Virus record (IMG/VR): IMGVR_UViG_3300025808_000190
Coordinates: 1 to 29,706 of that record
DNA from: a virus
Lineage: Duplodnaviria > Caudoviricetes
Reading direction: 5' to 3' (one strand)
Length of the DNA stretch: 29,706 nt
Within the stretch, counting starts at the first letter, position 1, and each line of letters starts with the position of its first letter. Under the pieces are notes generated by a model. It searched no databases. It was not told the DNA's origin and saw nothing but the letters and a program-made list of their open reading frames with translations. This document shows, in pieces, positions 7,561-13,124 of this stretch. The position numbers were made by a program, and so were the translations under genes.

Positions 7561-7845
7561 TCATCCCAGTACGCTCTGGGCGGCTTGCCATGCTTCTTTG
7601 CGCGAGTGGCGCAGGCGGAGCCAGTAGTCGTAGAACGCCATGTCGGTGTGCCAGCGTTGGCGCAGCTTGCGGACGACTCTGCGCAGCCAGGTGGCGATGC
7701 GCCGGGGGATGCTTTCGCGCACGGGATACCGGAACGGGCCGTTGCCCAGCTCGTTGATGGTCTGCTGCCAAAGGCCGGGCAAGCCGATCAGGACGACGAC
7801 GATGGCGATGGCTGCGCTGATGATGATGTCGAGGTTGTCCATCAT
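7561..7845 (-). CDS. Hypothetical protein with N-terminal TM
   Basis: ATGA coupling; IIISAAIAIVVVLIGL. Confidence 0.65.
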   Translation of the reverse strand: MMDNLDIIISAAIAIVVVLIGLPGLWQQTINELGNGPFRYPVRESIPRRIATWLRRVVRKLRQRWHTDMAFYDYWLRLRHSRKEAWQAAQSVLG

Positions 7846-8030
7846 ACGGCCCTCACTTCGTCATCAGCCAGCTTGCAACCCGGCGTGCACTTGATCGCGC
7901 AAGGCCCGCTGACCTGCGGGAAGGTATTCAGCGCGGTGATCATGGCCAGCGAAGAGTTCAGCGCGATGACCGTCAGCGTCTTGCGGACGTCTGCACTGAT
8001 GAGCGTGATTTCGTAGGGCAGCGGGCTCAT
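7842..8030 (-). CDS. Hypothetical protein
   Basis: ATGA-coupled at both ends. Confidence 0.6.
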   Translation of the reverse strand: MSPLPYEITLISADVRKTLTVIALNSSLAMITALNTFPQVSGPCAIKCTPGCKLADDEVRAV

Positions 8031-8308
8031 GACAGCGCTCCCTCAACAGCCGACCAGCCCGGCCCTGCGCTCACTTCGCCGCCACAGCAGGCGGTTCCGG
8101 CGGCGATGGCGAGGTAGAGCGCTTCGCGTTCGGTTTCTCCGGTGAGGTCAGGGTAGAGCGCTTCGCTGGCGGCGTAGAGGCGGTCGACGAGGCTGGCGGC
8201 TTGGTCGCGCTCGTGCTCGGTGAGGTTGTTGGCGTTCTTGGCCCAGTCAAGGATGACAGCGGCATCCAGCGCGGCTTTGTTGAGCACGGCGATCAGGTGG
8301 GTGTTCAT
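8027..8308 (-). CDS. Hypothetical protein
   Basis: GGAGG SD, ATGA coupling. Confidence 0.65.
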   Translation of the reverse strand: MNTHLIAVLNKAALDAAVILDWAKNANNLTEHERDQAASLVDRLYAASEALYPDLTGETEREALYLAIAAGTACCGGEVSAGPGWSAVEGALS

Positions 8309-8460
8309 GCTGCCTCCTTCTGCTTGGCAAAGTACTCGGCCTTAGCTTGTGCCGCACACTCGTTGGCCGTCCAGTCTGGGTGTTGCGCTTTCAGTTGTTC
8401 AGCGCGCTTGGCCACGGCCGGGCGGCGGGGGCGTTCGGTTGTTTTGGGATTTGTAGTCAT
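8305..8460 (-). CDS. Small hypothetical protein (51 aa, not in ORF track)
   Basis: MTTNPKTTERPRRPAVAKRAEQLKAQHPDWTANECAAQAKAEYFAKQKEAA; GGAGG SD; ATGA overlaps at both ends. Confidence 0.65.
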   Translation of the reverse strand: MTTNPKTTERPRRPAVAKRAEQLKAQHPDWTANECAAQAKAEYFAKQKEAA

Positions 8461-8717
8461 GCGGCCTCCTTCATTTGTTCGGAGATCAGCGCCATCGAGT
8501 CGGCTGCCTTGCAGTATTCAGCCTCGGCTGCGCAGACTTCCTTTTCGAGGCGGTCAGCCTGATCGATGGCGTTTTCGATGCCGTATCTGTTGTCAGTTTT
8601 CATGCAGTCGCGCAGATGTTTGAGCGCGTAGTAGTGGAGGTGCTCGGCGCTTTTATATGTCGCGCGGGCATCGTTGGTGCGCTTATAGGCGTCTTGAAAT
8701 TGCTGGTAGATGTTCAT
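8457..8717 (-). CDS. Hypothetical helical protein
   Basis: GGAGG SD, ATG 8717 (MNIYQQF), ATGA coupling. Confidence 0.65.
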   Translation of the reverse strand: MNIYQQFQDAYKRTNDARATYKSAEHLHYYALKHLRDCMKTDNRYGIENAIDQADRLEKEVCAAEAEYCKAADSMALISEQMKEAA

Positions 8718-8923
8718 GCTGCCTCCCGTTCGGTTAATTGCTGGGCGTGCAGATGTGTGCACGGTATTTGGTGCTTGCGCATATCCCCCACCTGCAGGCA
8801 CAGCGACTTGTAGAGCAGGCTGTCTTGCAGCGCGCGGGTGAGCGTGACGCCGATCTTGCGCAGCTCGGCGCGACGGTAGGCAAGGGCGATCTCCTCGGCG
8901 GTGCAGTCGTTTGGCGCGCCCAT
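8714..8923 (-). CDS. Hypothetical protein
   Basis: MGAPNDCTAEEIALAYRRAEL...EREAA; coupled to the next gene; start uncertain. Confidence 0.55.
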   Translation of the reverse strand: MGAPNDCTAEEIALAYRRAELRKIGVTLTRALQDSLLYKSLCLQVGDMRKHQIPCTHLHAQQLTEREAA

Positions 8924-9036
8924 GGGAACAAGCTCCAAAGGATGTGCAGCCAGATGCCGCAACCGATCGCTGTGGCGATGCCGAATAAGATGCGCTCGCC
9001 TTGTGTGAGCGGGATCGTGTCGTTGCTGGTGTCCAT
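8734..9036 (-). CDS. First PL gene, small single-TM protein
   Basis: GGAGG SD; MDTSNDTIPLTQGERILFGIATAIGCGIWLHILWSLFPW; its 3' part overlaps the next gene. Confidence 0.5.
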   Translation of the reverse strand: MDTSNDTIPLTQGERILFGIATAIGCGIWLHILWSLFPWARQTTAPPRRSPLPTVAPSCARSASRSPARCKTACSTSRCACRWGICASTKYRAHICTPSN

Positions 9037-9078
9037 CGTCGCCTCCGTTTTTTGTCTCGCTGGGTGCGAGTTGGGACA

Positions 9079-9120
9079 AGTATAGAACCGCTAAACATTA
9101 CATGTCAAGCAAAACTAAAC
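9079..9120 (-). promoter_or_regulatory. PL promoter with two 17-bp operators (OL)
   Basis: Minus strand TTGACA-18 nt-TATACT; GTATAGAACCGCTAAAC (9080-9096) and GTCAAGCAAAACTAAAC (9104-9120). Confidence 0.8.
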
Positions 9121-9131
9121 TTGTGCCATAA

Positions 9132-9158
9132 TAAAAACCGCAGGGGCTTCCTGCGGTT
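9132..9158 (-). terminator. Intrinsic terminator ending the cI-nuclease transcript
   Basis: AACCGCAGG-GGCTT-CCTGCGGTT stem with a T-run on the minus strand. Confidence 0.7.
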
Positions 9159-9341
9159 CAATTTTGAGGTGTGAGATGGATGTGGTTGAGAGTGATTGCC
9201 CGCGCGATGGCGGGGTTGTTTATGGCGGCCCCGCGCCACTAAGCATCAGCGAACCACTATGGGCGTTGATGATGGCGGAATTCCGGCGCAACGGCGGAAA
9301 GATGCTTAGTTGTGGGAAGGTGAGATTCCTGCGCAGGCAGG

Positions 9342-9518
9342 TCAGGCGGCGCCGATCACCGTGATGATGGTAATGGTTGTGCCGCATTTGATGCAGGCGT
9401 TAGGGTCGGCGGCATGTGTTTGTTTTGGCTCGTTACCAGTCGGTGCGCCACAGTGTGGGCAGGTTGCGGCTTTGTCGCTGATGTCTTTGTTGCATTCACT
9501 ACAAGTGGTCAGTGCCAT
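9342..9518 (-). CDS. Zinc-ribbon protein (58 aa, not in ORF track)
   Basis: MALTTCSECNKDISDKAATCPHCGAP...CIKCG; G-rich SD; overlaps the nuclease stop. Confidence 0.65.
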   Translation of the reverse strand: MALTTCSECNKDISDKAATCPHCGAPTGNEPKQTHAADPNACIKCGTTITIITVIGAA

Positions 9519-10320
9519 TTGAACCCCCTTGAAGTGTTGATTGATTCGTTGCTGTTTGTGTTGGAAGCGCTTTTGCCTTCGCCTTTTCCGCAGCGCGCAA
9601 GGATTTTTTTAGGAAGTCCTGTGCCTGTTTAGCTTCGTCACCGTCCACTGTTTCGCGTTTCAATACGTCGTTTTGTAAGATGTGTACTAGTTGGTCGTTC
9701 TCGATCTTAATGTTTCCGCTGATCTTGCGCAGTTCCCTACGCAGGGCTTGCAGCATTGGTTCGCTGGTGAGCAGGGCGGCGATGGAGAATTTACTAGTGG
9801 CTTGTTGTTGTTGGAAGAATGCGGTCATTGATGACTGTGTGAATCCCTCGCGGCTGAGGTTGCCAAAGCACTCGATGAACTGTGGATTCTTTGCGCTGGC
9901 CTGTAATAAATCAATCTCGAAGATAAGTGACTTGTCGATGGGCTGGCGGAAATGGATTTTGTAAACCTGCCACACCGCGCCGTTGGTGAGCACGATCCAC
10001 TCAATGCCGTGGTTAGCTCCGTAGTCGATGGCTTGTTTAACGTGGTTGTCTTTCAGTGATTGCCCGATGGCTTTGGCCTCCAGCAGGAAGCGCACGTCGC
10101 TACCAACCTTAACGGCCAGATCCACGTAGGTGCCACGGATGGCAAATTCAGTGGTGATCTCGATGTATTTCTTGTAGCCGAGTAGGTCTGCCAGCATGTC
10201 TCCAATGATAACCACGGTGTCGGATTCACTGACATCACGGTCTTTTGCGTCGGAAAGGATGGATTGATATTTTTTCAGCTGCTGCGCCAAGCGATCGGAT
10301 ACCTTCTTCGATATTGTCAT
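9499..10320 (-). CDS. HsdR N-terminal-like PD-(D/E)xK nuclease domain protein
   Basis: SESDT, VDLAV...LLEAK, QAIDY, LTNG.VWQVY motifs; lower GC than the structural genes. Confidence 0.8.
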   Translation of the reverse strand: MTISKKVSDRLAQQLKKYQSILSDAKDRDVSESDTVVIIGDMLADLLGYKKYIEITTEFAIRGTYVDLAVKVGSDVRFLLEAKAIGQSLKDNHVKQAIDYGANHGIEWIVLTNGAVWQVYKIHFRQPIDKSLIFEIDLLQASAKNPQFIECFGNLSREGFTQSSMTAFFQQQQATSKFSIAALLTSEPMLQALRRELRKISGNIKIENDQLVHILQNDVLKRETVDGDEAKQAQDFLKKSLRAAEKAKAKALPTQTATNQSTLQGGSNGTDHL

Positions 10321-10370
10321 GTCTTCCCCTTGTGAAATCAAAGCTGAGTTGAATTTGGATTGTCAGGATG

Positions 10371-10679
10371 TTATTGCTTACCGTTTGTGCCTTCCTCTGG
10401 TTCAGCAAGTGAATTCCCTGCCCGATACCAGGCTTGCCTCTCTTTCACACCTAAACGCCTGGAGATTTCGTCGGCGATGGATATTTTCCCTGTGTATATC
10501 CAGTCGATAGAAAATTCCAGCGTTTTTTGCAATAGTAATAACCTGTCTGCCGGCGGGGTCACAAGGTTGTTCTCCCATTGAGAGACCATCCCTTTCGATA
10601 CACCACACAACTCTCCAAACTTGTCGCCGGATAGATTGTTGCGTTCCCGTAGTTCTTTTAAGCGCGCGCCGATTGTCAT
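10371..10679 (-). CDS. cI: CI-like repressor (XRE HTH, no peptidase S24 domain)
   Basis: MTIGARLKELRERNNLS...GVSKGMVSQWEN...SIDWIYTG; divergent from cro. Confidence 0.8.
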   Translation of the reverse strand: MTIGARLKELRERNNLSGDKFGELCGVSKGMVSQWENNLVTPPADRLLLLQKTLEFSIDWIYTGKISIADEISRRLGVKERQAWYRAGNSLAEPEEGTNGKQ

Positions 10680-10688
10680 TTGCGAAGT

Positions 10689-10754
10689 GTATAGCCGTTC
10701 TAAATCCGCAAGGTTTAGCATCGCTTGACATTGTGTGTTTAGTGGTATTAAACT
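10689..10754. promoter_or_regulatory. OR region: three 17-bp operators with PR and PRM
   Basis: GTATAGCCGTTCTAAAT (10689), GTTTAGCATCGCTTGAC (10713), GTTTAGTGGTATTAAAC (10737), 24-bp period; TTGACA at 10725-10730. Confidence 0.8.
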
Positions 10755-10764
10755 GCGCGCCATC

Positions 10765-10983
10765 ATGACTATCTCCATAAAAGAAATTGCAGCAAAGGTC
10801 GGCGGGGTGGTTTCCCTGTCAACTCAGCTAGGTTTATCGCGCGGCGCAGTGTCGCAATGGAAAAAGGTGCCTCTGGAGCGCGTGTCATCAGTATCAAAAC
10901 TCACTGGCATCCCTAGAGAGGTCTTACGCTCTGACGTATTCGGGAAATGCGAGGAAGACAACCAATCCAAGGAGGCCGCTTGA
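10765..10983 (+). CDS. cro: Cro-like (YdaS-type) regulator
   Basis: VGGVVSLSTQLGLSRGAVSQWKKVP...LRSDVFG. Confidence 0.85.
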   Translation: MTISIKEIAAKVGGVVSLSTQLGLSRGAVSQWKKVPLERVSSVSKLTGIPREVLRSDVFGKCEEDNQSKEAA

Positions 10984-10984
10984 T

Positions 10985-11296
10985 ATGAACGACCTCACGC
11001 CAGAACAAGAGGCCGCGATCAAGGCGCAGATCGTTCGCGATTGGGGCGGGCAGACGCTGTTTATTCCAAAAGGCCAAACACGCGATCTCGTGTCTTTGCG
11101 AATTGTTCTCGCTGTATTTGGAGTGTGTCTAGCGCCGTTTTTCCAAGTGTCACAACGTTCTGGAACGTGGCACATCGCATGTCGTATTGGCTGCGAAGTT
11201 GAGCTTTTGCGTCGTCCGGGAAAAGCTGAACCAGTGTCGCCATCGCATGCGTCAGCGCAATGTTCTGTGCGCGCAGTTGGTTCAGGTGATCTATGA
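10985..11296 (+). CDS. ORF with a Mor-like N-terminal motif, apparently lacking the HTH
   Basis: AAGGAGG SD; IVRDWGGQTLFIPKG resembles the Mor GGxxxYIP motif; remainder overlaps an antisense gene. Confidence 0.45.
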   Translation: MNDLTPEQEAAIKAQIVRDWGGQTLFIPKGQTRDLVSLRIVLAVFGVCLAPFFQVSQRSGTWHIACRIGCEVELLRRPGKAEPVSPSHASAQCSVRAVGSGDL

Positions 11297-11312
11297 GCTC
11301 GTCTTCTTTCAT
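11061..11312 (-). CDS. Antisense-oriented hypothetical protein (moron-like)
   Basis: AAAGGA SD 6 nt before ATG 11312; extended -10 TGATAGAGT at 11352-11360; helical 83-aa product. Confidence 0.6.
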   Translation of the reverse strand: MKEDELIDHLNQLRAQNIALTHAMATLVQLFPDDAKAQLRSQYDMRCATFQNVVTLGKTALDTLQIQREQFAKTRDRVFGLLE

Positions 11313-11420
11313 GGGCATTCCTTTCGTGATGGGGTTTTGTGTGAGAACTCCACTCTATCACCTGAGCGGATGCCCCCTTTTTATCGGGGGTGTGCGGTGA
11401 TGCGCCTCCAGTCTCTCTAT

Positions 11421-11496
11421 CGCAAGGTGGCGCAGTTGGCAGCGCGCTCGGCTCATACCCGAGAGGTCGCAGGTTCGAGTCCTGCCCTTGCAACCA
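11421..11496 (+). tRNA. tRNA-Met(CAT), initiator-like
   Basis: 76-nt cloverleaf: CGCAAGG/CCTTGCA acceptor with C1:A72 mismatch, GCGC D stem, CTCGG-CTCATAC-CCGAG, GCAGG-TTCGAGT-CCTGC, encoded CCA. Confidence 0.92.
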
Positions 11497-11537
11497 TCCC
11501 TGTCTCCTCCCTGAGCGGGTGCCGCGCAAGCGGCCTT

Positions 11538-11574
11538 GCGTCATCTGCCTCGCGGCCGGTGGCGCTTTTTTATT
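11538..11574 (+). terminator. Probable terminator after the tRNA
   Basis: Imperfect GC stem GCGTCATC...GGTGGCGC followed by TTTTTTATT. Confidence 0.5.
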
Positions 11575-11680
11575 CTGTGGAGGTCGCATGGCGATCTCTT
11601 GTTTGTTCGTCGTTGTTCATGGGTGGACTTTGTGCCAGAGGCGCAATGGCTGTCTACGCCAATCATTAAGGGGGTTTACC

Positions 11681-12205
11681 GTGACCAAAGAACGCTATGC
11701 GCTGCATCCGCTCGATGCGCTGGATGATTCGGTGCGCAAGTATCCGGGCGGACATAAGGCCCTCGCTGCGCGCCTGTGTAAGACCGAGAGCACGCTGCGC
11801 AAGGAGCTGACGCAGGGTGTGGATACGCACCGCATCGGCTATGAGGATGAGCTGTCGAAGATTTTGTTCTGTCTCGAAGCGGCCAAGGTGGACGGATGGG
11901 ATAACACGCTGCATGCGTTGGCCTATCGCCACAGCCGTTTGCTGGTGCCTATCCCGGATGTGCACGATCAAGACGACGACGAGCTGGTGCAGATGGTGTG
12001 CGCGATGGTGAAGGAGGTGGGCGATGTAGGTGGGAGCCTGACCGCAGCCAAGAGCGACAAGGGCGACGGCAAGCGATACATCAGCACCCGCGAGTTCCAA
12101 GGCTTCGATGTGCAAGTCGAGGAGGCGATGGCAGCGCTCGCAGTCCTGCGCGAGCGCGTCCGCGAAGAGCATCAGCAGGCGAAGAAGGTGGGGCTGGTTA
12201 AATGA
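11681..12205 (+). CDS. Phage regulatory CII-family (CP76-like) protein
   Basis: GTG start after AAGGGGG; KYPGGHKALAARL..TESTLRKEL....H; C-terminal D...IS..E helix; position after cro. Confidence 0.75.
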   Translation: MTKERYALHPLDALDDSVRKYPGGHKALAARLCKTESTLRKELTQGVDTHRIGYEDELSKILFCLEAAKVDGWDNTLHALAYRHSRLLVPIPDVHDQDDDELVQMVCAMVKEVGDVGGSLTAAKSDKGDGKRYISTREFQGFDVQVEEAMAALAVLRERVREEHQQAKKVGLVK

Positions 12206-12407
12206 TATTCCCCATCCCCCTACAAATTAAGCCGCTGCTCGGCTGTGCACACAGTTGCACCGCGCTTGCAACGACTGCAACGCACCCACAACCTCAGCCA
12301 GTTCACGGGTCCTCCCTAGCCTTATCCCCTGCGGGTAATCCGCACCGCGATATTCCGCTAGGGTGTGGCTTTTCAAAGTTGGTCAACTGTGGCGCGGCGG
12401 GCGGCGC

Positions 12408-13124
12408 ATGCTGACAGTCAAGATTGAGGGCCTCGAAGAACTGAAGCGCAGCCTGAACGACATGGGCCGCAAGCAGGTGCCATTCGCGGCGGCGCAGGCG
12501 ATCACCAAGACGGCGAAGTCTGTCGAGAAAAAACTGCAGGCAGACATGGCCGGTGCGTTCAAGTCGGCCAGCCCGTACACAAAGCGCGCGACGTTTTCCA
12601 CCTCGGCGACGAAGGCCAACCTGACTGCGACGGTCGGGCTGAAAGACAAGAAGCCATCAAACGGAACTGCGCCGGCAGTGTTGCTGAAAGAACACTTCAC
12701 CGGCGGGCTGCGCGGGAACAAGCCATACGAGAAGGCAATCATCGCGATGAGCGGCATGCCGTCCGGCTGGCGTGCGATACCTAGTCGCGGAATCAAGAAG
12801 GACGCTTACGGCAACCCGAACCGCAAAGAGATTGGCGAGATGCTGGGCGCACTACGCTCGCGCATGCAGGTGTTCAAGGGGCGCGGCAAGAAGGTCGCGC
12901 TGGTGGGCTACTTCATTGTGCCGGTCGGCGCGCCGACGCATCTGCCTGCCGGTATCTACAAGCGCGTCACGCGCGGTGCATTGGCTGCGATGTTCATCTT
13001 CGTCAGGTCTGCCAGCTATCGCAAGGTGCTCGACCTGCAGCGCACGGCTGATCAGATCGTGCGCGCCGAGTTCCAGCCGAACTTCGACGCCGCCTTCGCC
13101 GAAGCCATGAGGACTGCGCGATGA
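12408..13124 (+). CDS. Phage protein resembling HK97 gp10 / lambda gpZ-like neck or tail-completion proteins
   Basis: MLTVKIEGLEELKRSL...KQVPFAAAQAITKTA...PYTKRA; ends FDAAFAEAMRTAR. Confidence 0.55.
   Translation: MLTVKIEGLEELKRSLNDMGRKQVPFAAAQAITKTAKSVEKKLQADMAGAFKSASPYTKRATFSTSATKANLTATVGLKDKKPSNGTAPAVLLKEHFTGGLRGNKPYEKAIIAMSGMPSGWRAIPSRGIKKDAYGNPNRKEIGEMLGALRSRMQVFKGRGKKVALVGYFIVPVGAPTHLPAGIYKRVTRGALAAMFIFVRSASYRKVLDLQRTADQIVRAEFQPNFDAAFAEAMRTAR

Noticed and set aside
10490-10503. LexA box CTGTGTATATCCAG
   Set aside because: CTG-N8-CAG is 2 bp short of the CTG-N10-CAG consensus and lies inside cI.
8305-10983. Many early proteins ending in EAA as a degron programme
   Set aside because: Largely explained by the GGAGGCNGCATGA SD and stop-start coupling; a degron role cannot be supported from sequence, unlike Int.
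11390-11680. N-terminal extension of the CII-like ORF (271 aa)
   Set aside because: Runs through the tRNA and terminator; GTG 11681 has an SD.
12202-12414. 70-aa ORF
   Set aside because: No recognisable features; overlaps the cos-like region; not called.
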